Of a stretch of DNA of 54,870 bases, positions 38,822 through 53,514 are shown in pieces. How positions within the stretch are numbered: position 1 is the stretch's first letter; each line of letters starts with the position of its first letter. The translations under genes were made by a program, and so were the position numbers. Below the pieces are notes generated by a model. That model searched no databases. It had not been told where the DNA came from and saw nothing but the letters and a program-made list of their open reading frames with translations. This stretch comes from Paramecium tetraurelia (lineage: Eukaryota): assembly GCA_000165425.1 (NCBI GenBank), contig CT867989.1, positions 248,001-302,870 on the forward strand, given 5' to 3'.

Positions 38822-40218
38822 ATGACGCAAAAAGCTTAAGTATAACTATATCATATAGAAGATTAATTAGAAATATGACCAAACTAAGGAAAAATTGAAT
38901 CAATAAGAATAAGAAAAATAGTCAATCAAAACGAGTTCGATTATACTATAATAATAGTAAACTAGTGATGCACTCAAATAAACAAATGAAAATTAGACAT
39001 CCATTGTAATTCATGTGAGCAAACCCATGGAAATTAAAAAATCGTAATTCAAAAGTTACATGGTATACACTATTGAAGGATCAGATGCTTGGGGAACGTT
39101 TAAAACAGAAAGAAGATTTAAAGAATTTTATAATTTAAGATTATCCCTTTAGAAATTTTGGATTGGATTTTATATTCCACCTCTTTCAGAAAAAATATTA
39201 AATCCAAATAAGGATCAATTAAAAGTTAGGCATAAAGTATTAAACTATTTTGTTAAAAGAATTTCCTCAATATAGTATTTATATTATTCTGTATAATTTG
39301 CAAAAATATTTTTGAGGCCAAATGAAACTGAAATATGCAAAGTATAAATTAATTTGATACTAGGTTATGGAAAGCTTAAAACCAACTGATTTTCTCTATT
39401 AAATTTAGGTCATGAAGTAGGTTTTCCAAATAACTTCAGAGTAATATGATGAAAAGAGGCTGTAGATTTATTTAAAGAATGTTTAGACGTTCTTATAAAA
39501 CTCTAAATTTCTCTTATTTAAATTATCTAGAAAAATTTAGGAAATGATCAACAGTAGCGCAACATTAAAAGAAAAGATCAATTCTGTTACTGGTGCTGAA
39601 TCTGAATAATCTGAAAAATTTGCTATGTAAGATAGCATAGAAGACTAAGATGGAAAGATGAAAAATTATGAAATAGGTTTAAAAATTCATTCAAATTTAG
39701 AAAATATGGTATTTTTACATTCATAATAATTTAGATGTTCACTAGAGATAAGTAATTAGAAAAGATCCACGATTTAATAAAAACAGAATAAATGGATATA
39801 AAGGCATTTCTGGAAGGGTTTAAGCTTAGATTAGAAATGGTGTATTAAAAAAATAATGACAGAGTTAAATAGAAATAATGGGAAATTGAAAAATTAGATA
39901 TTGAGTATTTGAGTTTAAATGATCAATACTAAATAAAATATATCTAAGAGAGTGTATATTTTTCATTATTAGTATTTTCAGTGCAGCATAGAGATCAATA
40001 AATTCAATCACTTTAACTTATTCATGATGAATTTAGAGGTAAAAAAAGTATTTGAGAAATTTAAAAATGATAAACATTAATCCTACTTAACAATCATCAA
40101 GGATATAGCTGATTTGGAGTTATCAAACTTTTCAATAATGAATCAAACTTGGAGAGGAATTGAAAACCTTGCATAATTAAAATTAGATAAAAAAACAAAT
40201 TATTAGATGTCTCAATGA
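38822..40218 (+). CDS. PX-domain (sorting-nexin-like) protein; 5' exons unresolved
   Basis: YMVYTIEGSDAWGTFKTERRFKEFYNLRLSLQKFWIGFYIPPLSEK followed by a coiled-coil region. Confidence 0.8.
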
Positions 40219-40526
40219 ATGATAAATTGAATCAGTAAAATAAAAATATTTTTTCTTCCTCATTCCAATTAGACATTATAGTTTAAGGTTTATAAATATA
40301 TTCCCGTTCAATATTATTCGCAGTTTCAAATTTCATGAAAATAAATATAAATGTATTATTATTTAGTTTTAATTACTCATTACTCATTTTAAATCATTGC
40401 TACTATTAAAATATATATGTTCACTTAATATGATAATTTTAATTTAATCATCTACTGCAATACAATAAATCAACTTATTATATTATAGAATAATTAATTT
40501 TCATTCAAATTTTAAGAGACTTGATA

Positions 40527-42230
40527 ATGTTTTCGCCACAAATAATAGAAAACCTAAATGATTACTAGTGCTCCTAGAATCATAATAGACCTATAAAGTC
40601 AGCTTGTATTTAACCAAATTACCCCCAAAATAAAAGATTTTTCTGTGAAGAATGTTTAAAGGAAATCACTATTGAAGTACATCCTTTAGGTTAGATAAGG
40701 TAAAAAATTGAAGATGACCTGAAGACTTCCATCTAGTAATGTGAAATCTAAATATCTCCTTTTTTAAATATGCTCAGGTAATTAGAGTAGAATATTTGTT
40801 CCTTAAAAGAATATATATTATAGGAAATCAACAGTTTAATTAATATAACTTCAGAATCAATATCAAAAATTGAGACATTGATAAAAAAATAATTCAGTTA
40901 TAGTTTCATAGACACTTTGGAGAAATTGTCAAAACAGACCCCTATTTACTTCTAACCCCAATAATTAATCCATAATATTAAGGCATTCAATAATACTTGG
41001 ATTAGCTAATTGGATGAAAGATTAGGTAAATTCTTGCAATTTGAACAAAGTAAGAAAGCTGTCGAGATTTTAAATAATATCAAACACCAATAATCATTTA
41101 CAAATACATTTGTCTCTTAATAAGATAATCTTTTCTTTTATTCACATAATGCTTCATAGGAAATCTAAAAGAACATTAAGATTGGTTAGAATGTATTTTC
41201 TATTAAACATCCATATTGCTATGCAATTGCTATAAACAAGGAAAACAATATCATTGTTACTTCTTCCAATAAAAATTTAAGCATATTTTAAATCGGTCAA
41301 GGATCAATTAAGCTAGAACAACTTTGTGAAAACAAGTATTCTAAGTTCATAGTTACACTTACTTTCTTTAAATCAGCCACAGCAAACAATACATTCATCT
41401 CTGGTTCCTAAGATTCAAATATTGTCATTTGGATTTAAAATAGAACTATTTAATCACAATTTTCTTGGGAACCAAAGCTTTTATTACAAGGACATGCATC
41501 TTGTATTAACTGTCTGATTGTTAACTCTTTTGATTCAATTATTATCAGTGGATCTGACGATACCAAAATCAAATTTTGGTCTCCTGAATAGTCTTCTAAT
41601 AAATGGTATTGTTAGCAGACTATCAGAGAGCATTCGAACAGTGTTTTTGGGTTGTCCATCAATTCATAAGGGAATTAATTAATTTCATGTGGTAGAGATA
41701 TGTTAATATTGGTAATGCAGAATTAAAATAATTAAAACTGGTAAATTAAATAAAAGATTTAAACTTAGAATTATGGGTACAGATTAACCTTCATTAATGA
41801 AAATATATTTACATTTTAACCTCACCTGAAGAATAAAAGTGAAATAGAAATATTCTAGATTGATCCAAATACAAAAAACTATATAAAATTAAGAAATTTG
41901 TAACTTTAGGGAACTAAAATGACTTGCTATTATTATTTTCCTTAAGTTTACATCCCCTAATTAAGTATGCTGATTACTAAGAATGGACATTATGTGAACT
42001 TTATTAAATTTTAATTTACTTCATAACACTAGTTTTAAGATTGCAAATTAGAAGCTGCATTAGATTTTGGTGTGCTAAGTTATGGGGAGATCTTTGGAAC
42101 AACAAGTGAAGATGGAGAATACTTAATAACTTGGGATCTGTTATCTTAATGTATTCAAATTAAGAATTCGATAGAAGTATCGCAAACTTATAATGATGTA
42201 TTTAGAACCTATTCTTATGTTTCAATATGA
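40527..42230 (+). CDS. WD40-repeat protein with N-terminal Cys/His segment (567 aa, intronless)
   Basis: MFSPQIIENLNDYQCSQNHNRP...FCEEC; QGHASCINCLIVNSFDSIIISGSDDTKIKFW; the 1704-nt span is in frame. Confidence 0.88.
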
Positions 42231-42655
42231 TTCAATTTCCTAAAGGCTTTTGAATATTTAAAATAATGTAAACAAGATATTAATTAGTAACAATTTGTTC
42301 TGCTTTAAAAATATGATAAATTCTCAATTTTTAATTTAATATTTATTATTATCAAAGTATTAGAAGAGTTGTATCTTACTGTATCATATTTCATTATGAT
42401 TTTTTTATTGTTATATACATTTTTATAATATGACACTGCCAATCCTTCACTGATCACAAATTGTTACCGAGATATTAAGAAAATTTACTTCGAATTCAAG
42501 ATACTCATTATCACTTATACAGAATTATTTATCTTAATTTTCATCTAGAAGTATATTATTATTGTTAACTTTAAGACATCTCTCAAACTCTTCTCAAACT
42601 AATATATTCATAAGAAATTTATTGATTATATATTTTAAAGTTCCTAATAACTAAA

Positions 42656-45600
42656 ATGATTTCTTTTAAGGTAACATTGTTACTTTTCCTGTTTTGCATT
42701 TAGACGAAAGGGATTGATTTATGTAATGAGTATGAAAGATTTGAAAGTTGTGTTTAGAGTGATAGTAATAAATGCAAATGGGATGGAATTAGGAAGCTTT
42801 GTGAAAGAACTTTTGATTTTTAATAAGGGTGCAGTCTCAGTTTGAATAGGAAAGCTTGCATTAGACAAATTGGGAATGTAATTGGTTAACCAGCTAAATG
42901 TATAACAACTATTCTAAATTAGGTCGCTTTTTATCAGTATGTGAAGACATACCCAATTTAGAAACAGAGAGATGTGAAAACAATCTCTCAAAGTCTGGGT
43001 GCATCTCAATTGCTAATCCAGAACATATTTGCTATTGGAAAGACAATAGTTGTCATGTACTACCTCGAAATCAATGGTATTAAGTTAAAGAGGACTTTGA
43101 TTAAGTTTAATATAGTGTTTCAGCTTGTTCATAAATTGAGAAATATTTAATTATTCATAGTAATCTGTTATGGGATTTGATATCTTATACTCCAGATTTA
43201 TTCACAGAAGCAAACAATTCATTCAAAAAGGAAATGGGTTTAGAAGTTACTGATGATATCATATTTGATGATCCAAACACGGTTTCTTTACAAAATAACT
43301 ATCAATTCTCGAATGGCTCATTTGCTTGGTATACAATTAGGGAGTCTAAGGAAATCACTTTAACAAATTGTAATATATGGTTTTGATAATCGTAGTATAG
43401 AAATCCTATAGATATAGGTATGGATGCGTAGCTATTGAGATAGAAAACGATAATGATTACTTCAATCTTATCACAATTACAGATGAGCAGAGAGGGGTAA
43501 ATCACTTATATTGCAAATATTTGAGTAGAAATCCAAACATTGCAGATGACTATGTATTTTCTGATGGAGTATGTAAGAAATTTAGCAATCTTGACTTAAA
43601 TGACATTTAAAAAACAGTCAAGTTGAATTTAAGTTGTAAATCACTGGACTACTATTAGTGTATTTATTTTGATTCAATCTCTTATACATGCAGATTAAAG
43701 GGATTAAATTATGAATATCCTTGTGTGGTTTAAGAAGATGATTATGTGGCTGATTGTGAAAATGCTTTTTGCACTGTTAAATAATGTTCAAAGTTAACAT
43801 TTCATTATTTGGACACGGATACAAACAAATGTAGTGATAGTTGTTCGTAATTCCCTCTAAATAGTTAGAGTGCATGTGAGGCAGTAAAAGGATGTAAGTT
43901 TTTAGGGACGAGTTAAAGGATTATGGAGAAGAGTTGTTCTCCTAATGATGGGTGTGATCATTTAGGCATTGAGAAGATGTATTGTATATTTTTAAAGGAT
44001 CAATGTGGATGGGATGAATTATAATAACGATGTTATAGAATAAAGGATGAAGAGTTCAAATTGATGAGATGCAGTTAAGCCTTTAATGCCTAATCTTGCG
44101 TTCTCATCACTTTAAGCGACTAAATATGCTTTTGGAATTCCATAATACTCTAGTGTTAAAATGTATTAGAATAGCCAATTCTTATATATTAAACATCTTT
44201 AATGGATTTATAACGTGTTAATCCTTTTCTTTTAATTTTAACGTAAGTAAGTAATGAAAACTTTTGCAAATATCAATAATCATTTCCAAGTGAATATATT
44301 CCAAGTGAAGGAAAGTGCAACCTCATTTAATCATAAATTTAATCAAAAGATATTACACATATCAACATGAATGCATGTCTTTAATTTTATCCTGGATTAA
44401 AAAGGTGGGATTCTTTAACTCAACAATGTATAAACCTTTTAGAAGTAGAAATTAAAGAGCTTGATTGTAATACTTAAGTATTTGTTAATAATTAAGTATG
44501 TCAGAAATCTAAGGTGGTATTACCTGGTTATCAATGTGTTTATGATCGATAAAGTCATTCTTGTAAAGAATTAGAATCTACACAAATTCAATCTTTTGGA
44601 TGTGTTGGATATGGTTTTAGAAAAGAGGTTTGTTTATCTCTAAATGGACCGAGAGTTTATTGTAAATTTTCAGCAGGAATCTGTCAAGAAATTACTGAGA
44701 GTGAGATTAACTCAGTTCGTTGTTCATCCCTATAAAATGTGAACTCACAAGTGTGTAAATTATACACCTAATCATAAACTGTTTGTTTGTATGATAAATC
44801 CATTAAATCTTGTTACACTCCTAGTGTTTATGTTAAAATAACCTATTAATCAGATATAAATCGATATGGTTGCCAATAAGTCTAAGACACCTTAACTTAT
44901 TTCGACTTAGTTAAAAATGAATGCATTTCATTTAGTGAAGATGAGGATATTTTGTTGTCTAACTTGGAATGTGCATAAAATTATATTAATCAAAAGACAT
45001 GTTTGTTAATTACTAAAAGTGGTTAAAATTGTTTTTGGGATACAGTTGAAAATAAATGTAAAAATTATTCGGGTAATTTTTCTAATTGTGGAGATCAGGA
45101 TCAATTTACAAGCAGGATTTGCTAGGCCATTGTATAAAATGTGTAAAAATAATTAATAAATGATAATTATTGTACTTATTTTGATAACAAATGCCAAACC
45201 AAATCTACTACTCTATCAGATTGTGGAGAATCTGAAAAAATGAATGTACTTAGATGCAGTGGATTAACTGGATTAAATCAAGCTGGAGAATACATTTAAA
45301 TGTGTGCATTTATTGACTTCAAATGTACTTCATTAATAGATGATTCTATGGATGCTTTTATAGTTCTGAACCAGATATCGTGCTCTTAGGCCAACTTGAA
45401 AGCCTGTTCAAAAGTATAAACTTATGGAAAATATTGTTAAGTGATTGACTATGTTTCTAACAATTATTTCATAATCGATAAGAAATGCGTATAGGTTGAT
45501 AATAATAATCAATCATGTTAAATCATTAATACTAATTTCCAGAAAGATTAAATAAATCCCAATCATTGCATAAGAGCAAATGACAGTTGTTACTATGATT

Positions 45601-48600
45601 AATCCATCGGATGCTAATCACCAATTAATGATGATTTGGAATGTGACACTCCAGGATTATCATATTCCGGTTGTATTCTAAACACAAACAATCATAGATG
45701 TGCATTTTATAATTCTAAATGCCAATATTTTCCAACATATTCAACTATTTCAAATTGCAAATATCTAAATTAACTAGCTTGTTCCAATTATCAATTTAAA
45801 GACTGTTATTGGAATGGTTCAATGTGTGATGTTTCTTATGATTATGGTAGTGATTACTCTTGTATTTTGAATTAGAGTAATCTATTTATTGTTTCAAATG
45901 GTTCCACGTGTATTTATGAAGAATAAGAATCAAATTACTAATTGTACACATGTGATAGCAAATTAAATTAATTTGGTTGTGGATCAATCCCAAATTAATA
46001 TTGTTAATTTATTTAAAACTAATGCTAATTTTATTCCACCACTTAATGTGAAGATTCAGGAACATCATGTAGCTTAAATAACTCATTAAATCTGAAATGC
46101 GTTCTCAAAGATGGTAAATGTTTTCATTTTCCATACAATCATCACTAATGTGATTTCTTTGATGAAACTAATTATGAATTCTGTCTCCAATATCCTGATT
46201 GTGTTTATGTAGATTAAAAATGTTAATAAATTTATTAAAATAGATCTTATTGGTATTGTTATTATTTAACCCAACTTGAATGTCTTATACAAAATAAACA
46301 ATATTCATGTACATGGGAAAATGAACAATGTATTGAATTTGAAGGTTCAGCTTGTCCATCTCTTGACGGATTTCATTCATATGACGCTTGCTCAAAGTTT
46401 AACAACTGTTATTATGGATATACTAAAAGTGGCTTGGGTTTTTGTTATTAAGATGCAAACTTTGAATCACTAACATGTGAACAGTTAGATTAAATCTTCT
46501 GTCTTGATGATATGACTCATCTAAATTCTTCACTTATGTGTTATTGGGACTAATCATGCAAAAACATAAATAACACAGAAGAAATGTAATGTGAAGATCT
46601 ATAAAACTTTTAGTCAAGTTATCCAGCTTGTGCATCTTTAAATTAGGAACTCTGCATGTACTCATTTGTAGATAAGAAATGCAAGCTTATATAAGAGTAT
46701 GTTTCAATAACAATTTGCTAAGGAACAACATCAAAATAATGCTCATAAATAAAAAACACTTGTTACTTTAATAAGTCTAAATGCTAAACAAAAGGAATAC
46801 CAGAACAATTAAATAAATATGGATGTATTACTTAATCTGGATCTTGGAAATTCACCTATTTCACTTGTTATAAATTAACTAATGAAATGCAATCAAGTTG
46901 CATCAATCTGTCAAAGGAGGCTTGTTTGGGTGATCTCACAAAGGAAATAAGTTGCCAATGGATAAACCAAAAATGTATAAATTTGTTTTAGGATTAAAAT
47001 AAAAAACTATTGTCATGTCAAAATCTGAATCAAAGGGCTTGCTTAAATGTCAGTCTATCAAATATCTTATGTATTTGGAATGAAACAATTAAAATTTGTG
47101 ATTCCCTTAATATAAGCAACACTGATTGTAGTCTTAACAATTTAGATCCCCTAATGTCTGTTAGTGTATGTGCTAGTTCAACAACTAAAAGCTGTGTGAG
47201 GCATTATGATAAAACCAAATGTACAGAAATCAAAGTGAAATTGGATGGCTGCAATCTCTTTGGATTGAATAAATAGGCTTGTATATCATTAACAAAAGCA
47301 CCTTGCTCTTGGATTTAAGTTGGGGATGGAGGATATTGCAATGATGTTAACATATATACAACGTTATGCGAGGACTTTGTAAATTAATCGGCTTGTCTAA
47401 ACATCTAAACATAAGGATAAGTTTGCAAATGGGAAGAATCAACTTAATAATGCATCAATTACAAATTCACATCTTGTGAATCTGCCAATAACGAACATTC
47501 CATCATGGCTTGTAAAGGTGTTACCGAAGAAGCATGTTATTATGATCCCTGGCAGAAGTCATGCAATCAAATCTTGTCAACTCCAAATATTTGTTCAAGT
47601 AATTTCAATTCTCGGGCTTGTATACTGTCTATAGAAGTCTGCGTATGGCAATCAAATAGATGTTACAACAATCCAAATTTAAATTGCCTAAATTACAATA
47701 CAAAAATTAAATGTCTTCAAAGCAATGCATAAAATTGTCAATGGCTTGATAATAAATGTCAATAGTTTCAACCTCTTGTAATAAAAGTTTATTGCTACGA
47801 ATTACCAACAAATATTAATAATTTTGCTTGCATGAATAACTCAATAGATCCCTGTTGTTTTGATTCAAATTTTATGTAATGCTATGCAGACTAAAGTAAC
47901 AAAATTGCAAAAATTTATGAATGGTCAACAATAACTACTATTCTAGCATTTCAATAACCTGGTTAAGAATCCTCCATCTTAAATGGTAAATGTGAAGAAC
48001 TTAAAAATCCAAATTACTGTTTAAAATCACGTATTCCAAATATATCATGTATTTGGAATGATTCTTGTTAAGAGGTCACTTAATTTGATAATTTATCTTG
48101 TTAAGACTCTCTCAACATCTGGGGATGTTTGAATATAACTAATGAAAATTAGTTTTGTTTCTGGAAAGATTAAAAGTGTTTAAATTGGAATACTTCTCTA
48201 GGTATTATGGAAAATGTTAATAAAAATGTCTGTATTTAATATAGCATAAATAGCATTTATGAATTAAATTCTTGCGTTGAGAAATCAATTGAATCAATAT
48301 AATGCACATCTGATGGAATAAGTAAAGCAACATGTTTATCCATTCCAAATAAATAATGCAAATGGATCACATCTTGTATTGATTTTACTTAAACTACTGA
48401 AACAAAATGTCATGATTATACAAATGTAACATATTATGTTTGTTAAATGACTGATTTGGCTTGCAATTATGATTAAGAATAACATAATTGTATTGAAATT
48501 TCAAAAGAAATTATTGGATTTGGAGTCTCAAAATCAAGCTGTGTATCAAATAAGAATATTTCCACGTTTTGGAATAGTAACGGTTGTTAAGAACTGTATG

Positions 48601-50126
48601 ATTTTATTGATTGTGATACTTCATTAGTTGTCAATGAATTAGCATGTCGTAAAAATGTAAAAAATACAGCATGCCTTTATGACTCAATTTCTAATCGTTG
48701 TAAGAGCAACTTCAACAGATAGTCATTACAATGTAAGACTTTAGGATTAAATCTACTGGGTTGCATACAGGTTTAGCAAGAACCTTGTATTTTTAAGGAT
48801 AACAAATGCTAGGTATTTACAGGAACGTCATAAATTTGTATGTTTATTAATCTAGTGAATTCCAAAGCCTGTGCATCAGTCATCAATTAATAATGCTCCT
48901 ATGACTCAATCAATTTCAAATGTTAATCTCCATTAATCAATGAGAATTATTGTAATGTTTCAGGAGTCAATAGAGATGCTTGTGAAACTAATACACTTTG
49001 TATGTGGAGTCAAGACGACTTAGATTGTAAGTGCAATTCAGATCAGAAAATTGATACTTGCCAATTCTCGAATATTACATAATGCAGGTCTAATAGTAAA
49101 TGTTATTTCGATCTTGATATTTACAAGTGTATTAAGAAGTAATGTTATCATCTAAAGGAAGTTGAATGTGCTGCAATCATGGATAATAAGACTTGTTACT
49201 TAAGTTAAAATAATAGTTGTCAACCAGCAACTAAATGCGAGGATATTATTGATTCAAAACAATCATGTTCAACTATTTACATTGATTTATAACCTTGTGT
49301 TTAGGCAGGTGCTTCCTGTATATCAATTAACAATTATAGCAGTTATTGTTCGTATTCAGATTGTTCAAATTCTAATTGTATTTTTAAATATGGGGCATGT
49401 AAATTGAAGACGTGTGATGATTACACTGCCCAAGAATGCCAATTAGTTTAAGGTTGCTATTTAGATTAGGAAAAAACATGCCAATAATTACTTGTATGTA
49501 GTCAAATTACTTAAGAGATCTATGGAGATCAAGTCACGTATATTTGTAACAAGTCATACGTTAATGGTCTTATATGTAATTGGTAGAGATACTCCTTGTT
49601 AGATGATACTGAAGTATGCACCAATCAGTATTGCGAGTAATTTATTATTATTTATTGTAGAATCTATGGGTCATCAACTACACTTTGTTAAGGGAATGAA
49701 ATCAATGGATATTCATGTGTGTTATTTAATTAATTAGTTTGCAAGTAATGTGAATATATAACAGAACCATGCTTTTGCGATTAATAAAAAAATGTTTGTT
49801 TCTATCAAAATGGCAAATGCAATTCTATTCTGTGTTCTAATTATTTAACTAAAGATACATGTTCCTAAGTCTCGGATCGTTGTTATTGGAGCACTTCAAC
49901 TGAAAATAATTCACAAATTAGTCTTTGCTTAAAGTCATGCGAAAAAATCATGGATGCTATTGAATGCAACAGTAGATCTAATGAATGTTATTTTGAAACT
50001 TCTAAGGGATTATGCGTAAAAGGTTAAAAATAAATACCAAATTTGAGTTCTGAAATTGTAATAGAGGAATTTTATGCCATTATCATACAAGGGTATATTT
50101 TTGTATTTTTGATTATTTTTATCTGA
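42656..50126 (+). CDS. Giant cysteine-rich surface protein (~2,460 aa), probably GPI-anchored
   Basis: Signal peptide; dozens of CxW/CxY Cys-periodic modules; terminal hydrophobic tail FYAIIIQGYIFVFLIIFI-TGA with no cytosolic tail; three short introns. Confidence 0.88.
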
Positions 50127-50809
50127 AATTGTTGTTAATATTTTCTTGCATCAAATTTCACTATTTTCATCACTTTTTTTTTTGTCATTTTTTTTAATGA
50201 TTTTTTTAAATATTATTAATCTCATAGTATTATGTCCAATCAACATTACACTTAATCCAATATTCTTACAATTGATAATGTAGAATTTAAGATACATCTC
50301 ATTATTAAATGTAGTATTTCTAGTTTTAACATTCTCTCTATTCATATTCTCAGGATTTGATAATTAAATTACAATAACACAATTTACAAAGATGCAATTT
50401 GAAAATATAATGAGTAGACTCAAAGATATTTATCTAAGATTTGCTCGGTAAATTTCTCTTAAATGTAAATTAAAAATAGCTAATTATATGAAATATTTCT
50501 TTTTCATTTTAGATTCTCAATCAAAATTAGTTTTTTTAGTGATCTAAAGCTTAATAATATTTTAATGATATAATTGATTGTTCTTAATTTTGAGAACCTA
50601 ACTTTTGAATTTACAAATAGGAAAGGGTATGAAAATTAAAAATACCAAAAGCAATTTTCAAAAGCATAAATAGATCTAACTAATCTTAGAGAAATATGGG
50701 AAGTATTTAAAAAAATTATCCCTATGAATTCAATACAGGAAGGATGTATGAATACTCACATAGATACTCATTACTCCAATTGCAGCAATATTAAATTGAT
50801 TATAATATA

Positions 50810-53509
50810 ATGTAATTATTAACATCTTTAACTATTAACGCAGAAAGTAAAAACACATAAGCTAAATCAACTAAGACTTAGAACACGCAGACATTCAAAG
50901 TGCATTTTTATCCCAAACAATATATAATTGAGACAAATCAGAAAACCATAACAATAGATAAACATTTGATTATTGATAGGGACAATGGGAATCTGTATGA
51001 AAAAGGTATTTTGTGTAAGTATACATGTAGATGGAGCACCACCTTAGAGTGAACATCAATAAATGGCTTTTTCGGCTTTTTTAGGTACAATTTACATTCT
51101 GGATAAACCTTTCTTATTGTTAGTGGAGGAGGCTGAATTAATTTGTACAATAGACGAATAAGATATATTTTAGATTGCCTCAGTGGCATTCTTACCTTAT
51201 GAACCAAATGAAAAAATTATGTAATGTGCTAAGGCTAATGAAATTTTAAAAATGATAGGGCATCTAAGGAAATTATTGATTATGGGATTCTACTTCTCTT
51301 ACGGATATGATTTGACATTATCGAAAGTAAAATAGAAGATCGAGGAGAAGACTGAAGAGAAATTCTTATGGAATCTGAATTTGATTAGAAATCATCTTAA
51401 GTAATAAATAGATAGGAAATGGTTGACCAATATCATACAAGGATTCATAAATTATTTTTATTTGTACATCAATGGAAAAAAACTAGACTTCTATTTGATG
51501 AGCAGGAGATCAAGTAAAAGAGCTGGTACCAGATATAATGCAAGAGGTATAGATGATGATGGTAATGTTGCCAACTTCGTGGAAACAGAATAGATTATAT
51601 ATTATAATAATCATTGCTGTTCTCATCTTTAAGTGAGAGGGAGTGTCCCTATATTTTGGAATCAAAGAGGATTGTTGACAGAAACTAAATTGATGAGGTC
51701 AGCAGAATTAACCAAAAGTGCATATAAGAAACATTTCAAAGGTCTTTTGGAAGATTATTCAAGGGTTATTTGTTTGAATTTGATGGCCAAAAAGAAAAGT
51801 GCAGAATAGATGGTTACAGAAGGATTTGAAGAACAAGTAAAATTGAATTCGGATGAATTAAATGGAAATATCAGATATGAGTGGTTTGACTTTCATCATG
51901 AATGTAAAAACAATGATTTTTCATAATCTAACCCATTGGTAAGGAAATTGATGGAACATATTAAAAACTTTGGATTCTACTTAGAAGACTTAAAAACTAA
52001 AAAGGTTTTGTCAGTCTAACATGGAATCTTTAGGACCAATTGTATGGATTGTCTTGATAGAACCAATTTCATCTAAACCAAAATAGCCATGAGTGTTTTC
52101 GATTTATCAACAAAATAATTAGGAGTGGATTTCTAAAATCTTTTAAAAATGTCACCCATAGAAGCATTAGATGAAGATTCAAGCAAAATTACAAATTATT
52201 TCATATAGTATTTCAAGAACATTTGGGCAGACAATGGTGACATGTTATCAATCCAATATACAGGAACTGGATCAACTCATACCAATATTACTAGAACTGG
52301 ACAGAGAGACATCACTGGTTCTTTAGATCATGGTACCAAGTCATTGATAAGATTTGTGAATTAGAATTTTGTGGATAATGATAAATAAGAGGCCATTGAT
52401 ATTTTATTGGGCAATCATGCTGATATCACTGCCTCATATAGTAAATAGATAGATGAAAAGTTAAAATCAAGATTTTAGGATTTTTGCAGCTTTTCTGATC
52501 GATCTATTCTGGTGGTAACTTGGAATGTAGGAGGACAAACTGTTTCATAATCTTACGATTTAAATAAATAGATTGTTGATTACGCTGCTGACATTATTGT
52601 AGTTGGATTACAAGAAATGGTTACTTCTGGAACTGGACTGGTGGTTGGATCAAATTAATATCTATAAGATTGGGATAAGTTGATTGCCAATAATCTAAGA
52701 TAGAAGGATAAGTATATCTACATTAAATCCAAAGAATTGTTGGGAATAGGATTGTTTATTTATGCTAAGGAGAGATTTCAAGACAGAATCACCAAAGTTA
52801 GTTATGATACAATTAAACTGGGTTTCTTGGGTCAAATTGGAAATAAAGGTGCTGTAGTAATTAAAATGTTGATTGATGATACTTTAATCTGTTTTATCAA
52901 TTGCCATTTAGAACATGGATAGAAGAGCCTCTCTACTAGATTGCAGAGTCTCAAAGATATTCATTAAAATATTTTCAACCAAATAGGAATAGGGAAGAAG
53001 AAAGAAGAGAAAATTGAATAATGTGATTATCGAATCTTATTTGGAGATCTAAATTTCAGAATCAACTAAGAAGCAGACAAAGTCATCACATCCACTCAAA
53101 GACACAAATTGTTTATAGATTAGAGTAGAATACATGAAGCCAAGGAAACTCTTTAGTATATAGTTCATTTAATATTAGAAACTTGTAAAAGTATGATGAA
53201 ATAATGAGTAATCGAGAACAAAATTAATATCTAAAGTAGTACAAAGAATCTGATATTAACTTTCTCCCTACATATAAATTTGAACCCTATTCAAATATAT
53301 ATGATAAATTAAGAACCCCATCTTGGACCGACAGAATCTTAGTGGGGTAGAATGAGCATTGTGAACACAAATACCAATATTACAAATGCCATGATATCAA
53401 TTATAGTGACCATAGGCCAGTTAGTGCTTTAATTAATGTAAGGACCAGAAAAGAAATTGCAGAAAAGAAAGCAGAAGTCATTTAATCAATTTATAAAAAT
53501 GAATCATGA
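50810..53509 (+). CDS. Synaptojanin-like phosphoinositide phosphatase (Sac1 domain plus inositol 5-phosphatase)
   Basis: [37 protein letters not shown] (CX5R), [41 protein letters not shown]. Confidence 0.95.
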
Positions 53510-53514
53510 TATAA

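Noticed and set aside
19363..50126. Functional clustering of PIG-A with the GPI-anchored surface protein
   Set aside because: They are over 20 kb apart with unrelated genes between; coincidence is sufficient
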